Source: Alphaproteobacteria bacterium
GTDB lineage: Bacteria; Pseudomonadota; Alphaproteobacteria; UBA9655
Direction of reading: 5' to 3'
Length of the DNA stretch: 64,000 bases
Assembly: GCA_019746105.1 (NCBI GenBank)
Contig: JAIESK010000023.1
Span: forward strand, 8,982 to 72,981
Part shown: in pieces, positions 8,949-18,520 of the stretch
Layout: every line of letters starts with the position of its first letter
Position numbering within the stretch: the stretch's first letter is position 1
Position numbers and translations under genes: made by a program
Notes under the pieces: model-generated
Database searches by the model: none
Told to the model about the DNA's origin: nothing
The model's input: only the letters and a program-made list of their open reading frames with translations

Positions 8949-9986
8949 CTACTCTCCTGTTTTATGTTTTAAGTCTTCGAGCGGCCATCGTGGACGGGGA
9001 GAAAAAGATAGGGTACCCAGCAAATTTCTTTTAAATCTTTCAATGCCGGCCCACGCTATCATAGCTCCATTATCTGTACAAAGATTTATAGGAGGAGATA
9101 TCACAGAAACACCATAACTTTCAGCACATAAAGCCAAACGGTGCTTAAAATATTGATTTGCTGCAACCCCCCCGCCTATGACGAGACTGGTGATTTTGGG
9201 ACTTTTTTCAAAAGCCATGTGGAGGGCATGCTTCAATCGATCTTCCAAAATCTCTCCTATCGCCTTTTGAAAAGAAGCGCAAAAATTTTCTTGAAAGTAA
9301 GAAGAAGTTTTATCCGTTTCAAGAATAACTTTTCTGGCCGCAGTTTTAAGTCCAGAAAAAGAAAAATCACATCCCATTTGACCTTTAAGTGGCTTAGGAA
9401 AATTAAATACATTAGGATTCCCTTGAAGAGCAAGCCGTTCAATCGTAGGCCCGCCTGGGTAGGGATATCCCAAAAGCCTTGCAGTTTTATCCAAACATTC
9501 CCCAAGGGCATCATCTAAAGTACCTCCCAAGTAAGTATAATTCCCAACATCCTCTACAATTAGAAACTGGCAGTGTCCCCCAGAAACAAGTAACAAAAGG
9601 TAGGGAAAGGGAACATCATAGGTCAATCGTGCCGTCAAGGCATGGGCCTCGAGATGATTTACAGGAATGAACGGCAGATTTTTAGCCATTGCTAGGCCTT
9701 TAGCCATCATAACGCCTACAATCACACCTCCGATAAGGCCTGGCCCTCCTGCAACGGCAATCCCATCAATATCATTTAAGGTGAGGTTCGCTTTTTCAAA
9801 AGCGGCTTTTACAATCCAATCCATATGATCCAGGTGAGCTCGCGCCGCAATTTCGGGCACCACTCCCCCAAAAGGTTTATGATCTTTAAATTGGGAAGAG
9901 ACAACATTCGAGAGAATTTGCTTGCTCTCGGTAACAAGAGAAGCGGCCGTTTCATCACAACTTGTTTCTATGCCTAAAATAATCAT
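8949..9986 (-). CDS. tsaD: tRNA N6-adenosine threonylcarbamoyltransferase
   Basis: MIILGIETSCDETAA start (ATG at 9984-9986). HLEAH and GGVAAN blocks present. The track ORF extends 27 codons further upstream, which I regard as a spurious extension. Confidence 0.9.
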   Translation of the reverse strand: MIILGIETSCDETAASLVTESKQILSNVVSSQFKDHKPFGGVVPEIAARAHLDHMDWIVKAAFEKANLTLNDIDGIAVAGGPGLIGGVIVGVMMAKGLAMAKNLPFIPVNHLEAHALTARLTYDVPFPYLLLLVSGGHCQFLIVEDVGNYTYLGGTLDDALGECLDKTARLLGYPYPGGPTIERLALQGNPNVFNFPKPLKGQMGCDFSFSGLKTAARKVILETDKTSSYFQENFCASFQKAIGEILEDRLKHALHMAFEKSPKITSLVIGGGVAANQYFKHRLALCAESYGVSVISPPINLCTDNGAMIAWAGIERFKRNLLGTLSFSPRPRWPLEDLKHKTGE

Positions 9987-10050
9987 TCCTTTTTCAACCA
10001 CAAACAACTCCTCTAGGCAAGAGAAAGAGAACTCGTTAAAGTCGCATCTT

Positions 10051-10965
10051 ATGAAAAGTATTCGCATCGGAACACGGGGAAGTCCTTTAGCCCTTATTCA
10101 AACTCAAGAAGTTATGGGTAAACTTTTGGAACATCATCCCTTTCTCAAAGGGTACCTTGAGGTCATTCCTATCAAAACCATTGGCGACACCATTATGGAC
10201 AGGAGCCTTATTGATTTAGGCGGCAAATCTCTTTTTACCAAAGAAATTGAACAAGCCCTTCTGAAAGAAGAAATTGATCTTGCTGTTCACTCTATGAAAG
10301 ATGTTACAGTTGATTGCCTAGAAGGTCTCCTCTTTCCAGCCATACTTGAACGGGAAGATCCACGAGATGCTTTGATATCACGGGAAGGAATCTCGCTTGA
10401 GACCTTACCTAAAGGGGCCCTTTTTGGAACGTCTTCTTTGCGACGACAAGCCTATATATTGAATAAATTCCCTCACATTACCCCAACATCATTGAGAGGA
10501 AACGTAAACACGCGCATCGAAAAAATTAAAACAGGAGAAGTTGATGCAGCCCTTCTAGCCGTTGCAGGCCTTAAGCGTTTAGGATTAATGGAAGAAATAA
10601 CACAAATTTTATCTCTAGAAGACTGCCTCCCCGCAGTGGCCCAGGGAGCTATTGGGATTCAGTGTCGCGAAAAGGATTTTAATCTTCTCAAACTTCTCTC
10701 CTCCATAAACCATTCTGAAACTTTTGCAGCCGTCACAGCAGAGCGAGCCTTTATGAAAACTCTCAATGGTTCTTGTCGTACTCCTATTGCTGCCTATGCC
10801 ACCCTTGAAGGAGAGATTCTCACTTTAAAAGGAATGATCAGCGATCCAAATGGTCATAATATGCGTTTTGTCACCTACAAAGGATTACCTTCTCACCCCA
10901 AAGAAATTGGCTGTAAAGCAGCTAACATACTTCTCAAAGAGGGCACATGTCCCACGTTCTCTTAA
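10051..10965 (+). CDS. hemC: porphobilinogen deaminase (hydroxymethylbilane synthase)
   Basis: MKSIRIGTRGSPLALIQT start at 10051. RGNVNTRI and GSCRTPIAAYA blocks present. Divergent from tsaD, as in many alphaproteobacteria. Confidence 0.9.
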   Translation: MKSIRIGTRGSPLALIQTQEVMGKLLEHHPFLKGYLEVIPIKTIGDTIMDRSLIDLGGKSLFTKEIEQALLKEEIDLAVHSMKDVTVDCLEGLLFPAILEREDPRDALISREGISLETLPKGALFGTSSLRRQAYILNKFPHITPTSLRGNVNTRIEKIKTGEVDAALLAVAGLKRLGLMEEITQILSLEDCLPAVAQGAIGIQCREKDFNLLKLLSSINHSETFAAVTAERAFMKTLNGSCRTPIAAYATLEGEILTLKGMISDPNGHNMRFVTYKGLPSHPKEIGCKAANILLKEGTCPTFS

Positions 10966-11654
10966 TTCGGGCGCTTGAGGATGCTATTCCTCTTGCTTCA
11001 TATTTGGAAGCGCTTGGAAAAAAAGCTCTTTGTTACCCTCTTTTTGAGCCTATATTCTTTGCCATTCCTCCACTCGAGAATCCCCAAGCCCTGATAATCA
11101 CGAGCAAAAATGCGCTACGCGCTCTCAACAACAGCAATCATCTTAAAAAAGTTCCGCTTTACGTTGTGGGAGATCAAACAGCAGCCCTTGCTCATCAGTT
11201 AGGATTCACCACCGTATTCAATGCAAGTGGAAACAGTAAAGATTTACAAAATCTCATAGTACAACAAGCACTACCAGAAGAAGGAGTTTTATATTATCTC
11301 TCTGGCAGAATTATTAAGAGAGACATAGTTCGCGAATTAAGGGCCTTAGGCTTTAAAGCTCAGCGTCAGGTTGTTTATCAAACCAATTATATTGAACGTT
11401 TCTCTAATTCGCTCATAACTGATTTCTTTAATAAAAAAATATCTCATGTGCTATTTTTTTCCCCTAGAACAACTGAGCTTTTTGTTGATCTTGTCAAAAC
11501 CTCAAAACTTGAAAAGGAGATTGCCTTGAATAAAGCTCTCTGTTTGAGTTATGATATAGCTGAAAAAGCACAAGAAATTCTTTGGAAAGAAATTTGGATA
11601 AGCCCTCATCCTTCAACACACAATATGCTAGGATATTTTGATGACGGAAAATAA
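10947..11654 (+). CDS. hemD: uroporphyrinogen-III synthase
   Basis: 235 aa. Overlaps the hemC stop by 19 nt. HemD-sized with ITSKNA and FFSPRT-type blocks. Position immediately after hemC. Confidence 0.7.
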   Translation: MSHVLLIRALEDAIPLASYLEALGKKALCYPLFEPIFFAIPPLENPQALIITSKNALRALNNSNHLKKVPLYVVGDQTAALAHQLGFTTVFNASGNSKDLQNLIVQQALPEEGVLYYLSGRIIKRDIVRELRALGFKAQRQVVYQTNYIERFSNSLITDFFNKKISHVLFFSPRTTELFVDLVKTSKLEKEIALNKALCLSYDIAEKAQEILWKEIWISPHPSTHNMLGYFDDGK

Positions 11655-12384
11655 AAAAACTTCTAAAATCTCATTTTGGAAACGCTTTAGCCAAATCTTA
11701 AAATCTTCTAAAAGAGTTTTGATTTATTTTTTCTTGTTTATTCTTTTTCTCCTTTCTATTGTTGTTTTATGGGAGAAATATAGCAAAGATAAAACTCTAA
11801 AATTTCCACAAGTTCAAGTTAAAATTGAAAACTCTAAGCCCCATACTGAAATAGCTAAAACCGTAGAAGGGGAAAAAAAGACTATAGAAGTTACTCAAAA
11901 AAACACACATGAGTCTCCTCAACAACTCATTACCATACAACTTTTGGAAGGTGTATTAGAAGGCTGGATACCTTTATCTACCTTTAAAACTTATCTTCAA
12001 AAACATCCCAGTGGGGAGACACCATATTTGCTCCTTGAACTCTCCACCATATCCAATTGTCCAACCTATGCTGAACTTCAATCTTCCTTACCTTCTGCTT
12101 CCGTTAAATCAAAATCTCTTTGGGAGCGGTTAAAATCTCGTTTAAAATCTCTTATTCAGATTAAGAAAATTGATAAGGAAAAGGTTTCAGAAACAAGCTC
12201 TCCCAAAAAGATTGAAAAGGCTATATATGAAAAGAATGTCTCTGAGGTTTTGAATTTATTTGACAAACTCCCAGAGGATGAAAAAATTCACTTTTCACCT
12301 TGGATGAAAAAAGTTCAAGAACGACTTAAGGTTGAAATACTCTATAAACATCTGCTGATAAAACTCGCTCAAGGACAAACTTGA
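11638..12384 (+). CDS. membrane-anchored HemX / alpha-Mic60 (mitofilin)-like protein
   Basis: 248 aa. One N-terminal TM segment (VLIYFFLFILFLLSIVVLW). C-terminal segment IEKAIYEKNVSEVLNLFDKLPEDEKIHFSPWMKKVQERLKVEILYKHL fits the mitofilin-type pattern A..G/N....A...L..LP......W...a..R......L. Sits between hemD and the HemY-like gene. Confidence 0.5.
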   Translation: MMTENKKTSKISFWKRFSQILKSSKRVLIYFFLFILFLLSIVVLWEKYSKDKTLKFPQVQVKIENSKPHTEIAKTVEGEKKTIEVTQKNTHESPQQLITIQLLEGVLEGWIPLSTFKTYLQKHPSGETPYLLLELSTISNCPTYAELQSSLPSASVKSKSLWERLKSRLKSLIQIKKIDKEKVSETSSPKKIEKAIYEKNVSEVLNLFDKLPEDEKIHFSPWMKKVQERLKVEILYKHLLIKLAQGQT

Positions 12385-13580
12385 TGAAATGGCTTCTTTT
12401 CTTTATTGTCACAGCTATCTTCTTTGGATTTCTCGGCATCGTTTATCTTGTAAATCCAGGTTCATTAGAGCTGATATGGTTTGGCTACAATATTCAACTT
12501 TCCGCCATTTTAGCTTTTATCATTTTGATTTTTCTCATGTCTATCCTTCTCTTTATGGGGTACACTATTTTATGGCTTATTAATCTTCCCTCAAAATGGG
12601 CAAATCATTATAAAAAGTTACAAGAAAACAATGTAGAAACGGAATTATTAAACCTTTTAACGTCCTATGAAGCTGAAAATTTTAATACGGCCCTTGAATT
12701 AACTCAAAAAATGAGAAAAAGGCTTGAAAAAAATCCTTTTTTTCTCTGGATTGCTGGAAATATCTTCGAAAAAACAAAACATCATTTAGAAGCAGAACAA
12801 TGCTTTATGGCCCTCATTGCTCAGCCTTCTACCTTCTTTTTAGGATTTAAAGGACAGATCCGCTCGGCTATCAAGTATGGAGACTTTAATAGGGCTTATG
12901 ACCTTTTAAAACGTGCTGAAAAAGATTTCAGCTCTTCTCCTTGGGTTCTTAAGCACTTTCTAGCCCTAGCACATAAACAGAAAAAATTTATTGATGCTGA
13001 AAAAATAGCTCTTCGCTTGGACGATTTAGGCCATATCACAAAAGATCAAAGTAAAAAACAATTGGCCTATATTGAACATCAGGAAGCTCTTCAACCTAAA
13101 ATTTCGCAAGAGCAAAAGGAAACTTATCTCCGCCAAGCTCATTATTTAAATCCAAGCCTTACTCAAGCATCTGAAATGCTCGCCGAACTACTCCACGAAC
13201 AAGGTCATCATGCTCAAGCCTTAAGCATTCTGCAAGCAACTTGGAATCAGGCCCCTACACAAACTTTAGGAGATCTTTATTTGAAAATTCTCTCTCCCAA
13301 AAATGAGGGAGTTGCCTTTGAAAAAATAAAAGAATTTGTGAAGAAAAATCCAAAAAATCCAGAAAGTCTCTTACTATTAGCCCGCACAGGTCTGAAGGCA
13401 AAACTTTGGGGAGAAACACGAGCCGCCTTAAAACAACTTATAGAAAAGCATCCTACAGCCATCGCTTATCAGCTTATGGCCCATTTAGAGAGCTATGAAC
13501 ATCAAAATATGGAAGCAGCTATGGAGTGGCTCGAGAAAGGCCTTCAAGCTCCTCGCTATGCTCCTCCTCCTTTATTCTAA
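12381..13580 (+). CDS. HemY-N-domain / TPR membrane protein
   Basis: 399 aa. Two N-terminal TM segments followed by TPR-like helical repeats. ATGA overlap with the upstream gene. Conserved hemC-hemD-X-Y synteny. Confidence 0.7.
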   Translation: MMKWLLFFIVTAIFFGFLGIVYLVNPGSLELIWFGYNIQLSAILAFIILIFLMSILLFMGYTILWLINLPSKWANHYKKLQENNVETELLNLLTSYEAENFNTALELTQKMRKRLEKNPFFLWIAGNIFEKTKHHLEAEQCFMALIAQPSTFFLGFKGQIRSAIKYGDFNRAYDLLKRAEKDFSSSPWVLKHFLALAHKQKKFIDAEKIALRLDDLGHITKDQSKKQLAYIEHQEALQPKISQEQKETYLRQAHYLNPSLTQASEMLAELLHEQGHHAQALSILQATWNQAPTQTLGDLYLKILSPKNEGVAFEKIKEFVKKNPKNPESLLLLARTGLKAKLWGETRAALKQLIEKHPTAIAYQLMAHLESYEHQNMEAAMEWLEKGLQAPRYAPPPLF

Positions 13581-14711
13581 ACGTCTTTTAAACATCCAAC
13601 CTGCAAGGGTCAGGGTGAAAAGAGCAATGAGGGCCATGGGCCAACTATACCTTAAAACCTCTAGAGTGGGCATATCTTTTAAAAAAATACCGCGAATGAT
13701 GATAAAAAAGTGCTTGATGGGGAAAATGTTTGTAACTGGTTGAAGCCAAGGAGGCATATTCTCAATAGGTGTGGCATAACCGGAAAGAAGCATGGTGGGT
13801 GTCATAAAAACAAAGGTCCCCAAAATAGATTGCTGTTGGGTTTTACAAATGGAAGAGATAAAAAGGCCAATTCCCACAATAGAAAACAAAAAAATAATCA
13901 TGCTAAAATAAAGTAGAATAAGAGAACCTTTAAAGGGAATATTATACAGGAGCAACACGGCAACCATCAAAAGCGTACTTTCACCAATACTAATCATCAT
14001 AGCTGGCATCATTTTCCCCACCAGAATTTGCCAAGGCTGAAGGGGAGAAACCAGCAATTGATCAAAGGTTCCGTTTTCTCTCTCACGGGAGACGGACATG
14101 GCTGTCACCATTAAAGCCAGAATCATACTTAAAATAGCAACTAAAGAAGGAACTGTAAAATAAATGTACTCAATATTGGGGTTAAAAAATGCCCTATATT
14201 GAAGGTTGATTGGCTCAGGCACGTCAATCCCTTGTTCCTTTAAGATATCTTGATTATAAGATTGAAAAATTTGGTTCAGATATCCAAAGACAATTTGGGA
14301 AGCATTTGATTTTCGACCATCCAAAATGACTTGAACAGGTGCAGTATTCCTCTCAGCCACAAGTTTAGAAAAATTAGGTTGAAGTTGAAGAGCTACAATC
14401 ACTTCTTGTTTATTAATAGACTCTCTTATACTTTGCGGTTTTTTATACTCATAAACATGCTTAAAATAAGGAGAGCCTTTTATTCTTTGGGTGAGCTCCT
14501 GACTATACCAGCCACTATCCTGGTTAAAAATTCCAATAGAAATGTTGTTAACGTCTAAAGTTGCTGCGTGTGATAAAATAATCAATTGAGTAAGCGGTGG
14601 AACAACCAGTGTGATCCGACTTTTTTTATCCCGCCAAACGGCAAGAATTTCCTTAATAATAAGTGTCCTAATTGGCAACCAGATATTTTTTATTTTCTTT
14701 TTCATATTCAA
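13572..14711 (-). CDS. ABC-2 type transporter permease (YbhR/YhhJ-like)
   Basis: 379 aa. N-terminal TM, a large periplasmic loop, then 5 C-terminal TM segments typical of ABC-2 permeases. Its stop overlaps the convergent HemY-like stop by 9 nt. Confidence 0.8.
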   Translation of the reverse strand: MNMKKKIKNIWLPIRTLIIKEILAVWRDKKSRITLVVPPLTQLIILSHAATLDVNNISIGIFNQDSGWYSQELTQRIKGSPYFKHVYEYKKPQSIRESINKQEVIVALQLQPNFSKLVAERNTAPVQVILDGRKSNASQIVFGYLNQIFQSYNQDILKEQGIDVPEPINLQYRAFFNPNIEYIYFTVPSLVAILSMILALMVTAMSVSRERENGTFDQLLVSPLQPWQILVGKMMPAMMISIGESTLLMVAVLLLYNIPFKGSLILLYFSMIIFLFSIVGIGLFISSICKTQQQSILGTFVFMTPTMLLSGYATPIENMPPWLQPVTNIFPIKHFFIIIRGIFLKDMPTLEVLRYSWPMALIALFTLTLAGWMFKRRLE

Positions 14712-15832
14712 TCTATTCTCTTTACCATTTTAAGCGCTGAAATCCCAAGAAAGAGACTTGCAATAAGAGACATTACGAGAAGGCTCGGAAGAACAAGAGC
14801 CCATGTTGTTCCACTTAAAAAACTACTCTGCAAAATGGTAACGAAATACCTCGGAGGAAAAATATAGGTCATCATCTGGATAATCCAAGGCATTGAACTG
14901 ATTTCAAAAATAAATCCTGAAAGCATAAATGCTGGCAAAAATCCAATAATAATGGCAATTTGACTCGCGACAAATTGATTACGTGTTGTAGAAGACACAA
15001 CAAGCCCAATACCTAAGGCGGCAAGAAGAAATATAGACGTTGAGATAAAAAGGATAAAATAAGATCCCCGAAAGGGAACCTGAAACAAGATGACTGTAAG
15101 AAAAACACACAGTATCATGGCACACATACCGAGAAGATAATAGGGCACTAACTTGGCAAGCAACATTTCAGAAATACGAAGGGGAGTGGCCATGATAGCT
15201 TCCATGGTTCCTCTTTCCCATTCACGAGCCACAACGAGAGCCGTGAGAAGAGTTCCAATGAGGGTCATAATGATAGCAATCGATCCGGGAAGCAAAACAT
15301 AACGGCTTTCCAATGAGTCATTAAACCAAATACGCGGCACCGCAACAAGAGGAGGGACAAGAAACGATTTTCTTTCATCATTTTGTTGTTTTACCCAATT
15401 ATTTACCACACCTGCAGCATAATTAAGAACAAAACGTGCTGTATTGGGTTCACTTCCATCAAGCAGAACCTGGAGAGGAGTCTCTACTCCATTCAGTAAA
15501 TTTTTGGAAAAGTCCTGAGAAATCACAACAATACCGCGGACACGACCGCCCGTAAGATCTTCCTCAATTGCCGATCGATTATAGCTTGTCTTCACATCAA
15601 AATAAGTTGTACCCAGAAACGCATTCTCAAGGCTTCTAGCTGTGGGAGAGGTATCTTCCACAAGAAGTCCCAGGGGAACATTGTCTGCATCTAAGGACAC
15701 TCCATAGCCAAAAATAAACATCATTATTAACGGAAGTACAAAAGCAATAAGAAAGGTACTGGGATCTCTTATAATTTGCTTACCCTCTTTTCTAAAGTAA
15801 GCCAAAAAACGGAAGAAAGAAAAATGCTTCAT
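14708..15832 (-). CDS. ABC-2 type transporter permease (YbhS-like)
   Basis: 374 aa with the same architecture as its neighbour. 4-nt overlaps with both flanking genes. Confidence 0.8.
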   Translation of the reverse strand: MKHFSFFRFLAYFRKEGKQIIRDPSTFLIAFVLPLIMMFIFGYGVSLDADNVPLGLLVEDTSPTARSLENAFLGTTYFDVKTSYNRSAIEEDLTGGRVRGIVVISQDFSKNLLNGVETPLQVLLDGSEPNTARFVLNYAAGVVNNWVKQQNDERKSFLVPPLVAVPRIWFNDSLESRYVLLPGSIAIIMTLIGTLLTALVVAREWERGTMEAIMATPLRISEMLLAKLVPYYLLGMCAMILCVFLTVILFQVPFRGSYFILFISTSIFLLAALGIGLVVSSTTRNQFVASQIAIIIGFLPAFMLSGFIFEISSMPWIIQMMTYIFPPRYFVTILQSSFLSGTTWALVLPSLLVMSLIASLFLGISALKMVKRID

Positions 15833-17391
15833 AAAGATCCCCTTTGATCAAATTGTTCAATCAAGGTGATAAAGGCATCTTCAAGGGTTGGCTTTGGCAA
15901 TGCCTTTGATCTCACCATTTCTTTCAATACCATCGGTGTTCCTGAAGCAATACTATTTCCCCCATAAATTAGGGCAATGCGATCACAATACTCAGCTTCT
16001 TCTATAAAATGGGTTGTCACCATAATTGTGACTCCCTTTGCAGCCATCCCCTGAATGTGATTCCAAAATTCTTCTCGTACAAGAGGATCCACACCCGAGG
16101 TAGGTTCATCTAAAAAGAGAACATCTGGCTCATGCATTAAGGAGCACGCCAGAGCCAATCTTTGTTTAAAACCCAGAGGAAGCAGTCCTGCATTTTCGCC
16201 CAGGTAAGGAACAAGATCAAATATAGAAATCATTTGCTCCATTTGTGTTTGCCGATGACGGCCCATAAGTCCATAAACTCCTGAGAAAAAATTTAAATTC
16301 TCTTTCACACTTAAATCACTATAAAGAGAAAATTTTTGAGCCATATAACCAATATGCGAGCGAGCTTCAGAAGATGCCGTTTTCAAACTATAACCCGAAA
16401 CGAGTGCGCGACCTTCGGTGGGTTGCAAGAGACCACATAACATCTTAAAAATAGTCGATTTACCAGCGCCGTTAGGGCCTAAAAGCCCAAAAATTTCTCC
16501 TTGTTTAATAGTAAAAGAAATATCCCGTGCTGCTATAAAATCTCCAAATTTCTTCGTCAAATTTTTGGCTTGAATAGGGGGAACATCCTTAACTATTTTT
16601 GAAGACATATGCTTTGCTAAAACCGATTCTCCCTTATGACTTCCTCCAAGAATTTCAATGAAGGCCTCTTCAAATCCGGTTACCTCTCGGCGCCTTTTTT
16701 TCATTTGCTTTGTTAAATCTTTTGGCGGACCGTAAAAAAGAAGCTTTCCCTCATTTAATAAAAGAATTTCACTGCATCTATCTGCTTCATCGAGATAAGA
16801 TGTGGACCACACAACACATATACCTTCTGCCGCAAGATCACTGACCATCTTCCACAATTCCCGCCGTGAAACTGGATCCACCCCCACACTCGGCTCATCT
16901 AAAAGGAGAGCCTTTGGCTTTCCTAAAAGAGAACAAGCAAGGCCTAGTTTTTGCTTCATTCCTCCTGATAAATTTCCTGCAAGTCGAGTAATAAAAGGTC
17001 TGAGAGACGTAAAGTGAAGCATTTTATCAAAAACTTCTGGTTTTTCTTCCTCAGAAATTCCATGAAGAGCTGCATAAAGATTAAGGTTTTCGATAACTGT
17101 TAAATCCTCATAAAGCCCAAATTTTTGAGGCATATAGCCTGTGATATCATGTAGCCTTTCTGCATCCTGAACCGTATCCAGTCCAAAAACATTGACCTTA
17201 CCATGACTTGGTAATAGAAGGCCTGCCATGAGCCTTAGAAGGGTTGTCTTTCCTGCTCCATCCGGACCAATCAATCCAGTTATGATGCCCGGGCGAATCA
17301 CTGCATTAATATTATCAAGAGCGGCTTTTTTGGCACCGGGGAAGATTTTACCCAGAGAGACGATGCGAATGGCGTCTTTACTCTTTGACAT
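15829..17391 (-). CDS. ABC transporter ATP-binding protein with duplicated NBDs (YbhF-like)
   Basis: Two Walker A motifs (GPDGAGKTT, GPNGAGKST). Two signature regions (LSGGMKQKL, LPLGFKQRL). ATG at 17389-17391 (MSKSKDAIRIV...) preferred over the longer track start. Confidence 0.85.
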   Translation of the reverse strand: MSKSKDAIRIVSLGKIFPGAKKAALDNINAVIRPGIITGLIGPDGAGKTTLLRLMAGLLLPSHGKVNVFGLDTVQDAERLHDITGYMPQKFGLYEDLTVIENLNLYAALHGISEEEKPEVFDKMLHFTSLRPFITRLAGNLSGGMKQKLGLACSLLGKPKALLLDEPSVGVDPVSRRELWKMVSDLAAEGICVVWSTSYLDEADRCSEILLLNEGKLLFYGPPKDLTKQMKKRRREVTGFEEAFIEILGGSHKGESVLAKHMSSKIVKDVPPIQAKNLTKKFGDFIAARDISFTIKQGEIFGLLGPNGAGKSTIFKMLCGLLQPTEGRALVSGYSLKTASSEARSHIGYMAQKFSLYSDLSVKENLNFFSGVYGLMGRHRQTQMEQMISIFDLVPYLGENAGLLPLGFKQRLALACSLMHEPDVLFLDEPTSGVDPLVREEFWNHIQGMAAKGVTIMVTTHFIEEAEYCDRIALIYGGNSIASGTPMVLKEMVRSKALPKPTLEDAFITLIEQFDQRGSL

Positions 17392-18337
17392 CCAACTCAA
17401 CTGTAACAGGCATGCCTTGTCGCAGTTTCCCTTTTGGATCGTCCACATAGAGTCGAAGACGATAAACTAAATCCGTGCGCAGTTCAGGCGTTTCAACAGT
17501 CTTGGGCGTAAACTCAGCCGTGGGGGAGATAAATCCGATTTTGGCTTTAAAAGGATTGTCAGGATCCGCATCCGTGTAAATTAAAGCTTCCATACCAGGT
17601 TTGATGCTCCCTAAGTCAGTTTCAGAAACATAAGCACGAATCCACACAGGTTTATGGAGCGTAAGAGTATAGATGATGGATTGGGGAGCAATAATCGCCC
17701 CTGGCTCTCGCACACGGGTGAGAATGATCCCATCAGAAGGAGAACAGATTTCCGTGTCTGTTAAATTGATTTTAGCAGATTCAAGTTGAGCCTTGGCGAC
17801 TTCCATAGCTGCTTTTCCTGCTTGAATATCCTCTTGACGGAACCCTTCTTCTGCAAGATCCAAGCTTTCTTGAGCACTTTTTAACTGAGCCTCTGCTTCA
17901 TTTTTTTGTGCAAAGGCATCATCATAGTTCTGTTGAGAAGAAGCTCCAATTTTAATTTGTTCCTGCTGCCGTGCAAAAATAAGATCCGCATTCGTTAGAG
18001 AAGCTTGTTTCTCATGCACAAGGGCACGGGCTTCTTCAATTTCCTGAGGCCGACTTCCATGTTGTAACTTCAAATAGTTTGCTTCTGCTTGAGCCAGCGC
18101 TGCCTTAGCAGAAGCAAGGTCTGCCTCATAAGGCGCCTTATCTAGAACGGCTAAAAGGTCGCCTTGCTTAACTTGATCTCCTTCTTCAACAAGCATTTTC
18201 TGAAGGCGGCCGCTCACGCGAAACCCAAGGTCAACTTGACGAATATCCACGTTACCATAAAGCTCTAAGTAGTTATGATTTTTCTTATAATTCAAAAACA
18301 TCATGACGACTGAAATCACAACAATAATCATAAGCAC
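17378..18337 (-). CDS. HlyD-family membrane fusion protein (YbhG-like)
   Basis: 319 aa with a coiled-coil centre and beta-barrel ends. The start is uncertain. The frame stays open upstream of the GTG at 18337 (..NFNWKKIKIPLLGIAV..) behind a GAGGAG Shine-Dalgarno, but only CTG/ATA codons are available there. Confidence 0.8.
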   Translation of the reverse strand: MLMIIVVISVVMMFLNYKKNHNYLELYGNVDIRQVDLGFRVSGRLQKMLVEEGDQVKQGDLLAVLDKAPYEADLASAKAALAQAEANYLKLQHGSRPQEIEEARALVHEKQASLTNADLIFARQQEQIKIGASSQQNYDDAFAQKNEAEAQLKSAQESLDLAEEGFRQEDIQAGKAAMEVAKAQLESAKINLTDTEICSPSDGIILTRVREPGAIIAPQSIIYTLTLHKPVWIRAYVSETDLGSIKPGMEALIYTDADPDNPFKAKIGFISPTAEFTPKTVETPELRTDLVYRLRLYVDDPKGKLRQGMPVTVELDVKE

Positions 18338-18402
18338 TGCAATGCCAAGAAGAGGAATTTTTATTTTTTTCCAATTAAAATTCAGTGTTATCTCCTCTTT
18401 TC

Positions 18403-18519
18403 TTAACTTATTAGTTTTATAAGCCGTTTCAACCCATAAACCACAAAAAAAGTACAGGATAAACTAGCAATCCATAAGCCCAAAAACCAAAGCCACGGCT
18501 TTAATTTAGTTTCGCTCAT
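18403..18519 (-). CDS. small single-TM protein after cydB (DUF2474-like)
   Basis: 38 aa, MSETKLKPWLWFLGLWIASLSCTFFVVYGLKRLIKLIS. ATG at 18517-18519, one nt after the cydB TAA (18521-18523). The W..WF..LW pattern and position match small proteins that follow cydB in other proteobacteria, from memory. Confidence 0.45.
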   Translation of the reverse strand: MSETKLKPWLWFLGLWIASLSCTFFVVYGLKRLIKLIS

Positions 18520-18520
18520 C

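Noticed and set aside
9922-10067. Long N-terminal extensions that make the tsaD and hemC track ORFs overlap each other by 146 nt.
   Set aside because: Canonical N-termini begin at internal ATGs: MIILGIETSCDE at 9986 and MKSIRIGTRGSP at 10051. The extensions have no family similarity.
13572-13580. A 9-nt overlap of convergent stop codons (the HemY-like gene and the ABC-2 permease), considered as a regulatory feature. A similar case occurs at parB/holA (60029-60032).
   Set aside because: Tail-to-tail overlaps are common in compact genomes, and no hairpin or other signal was visible.
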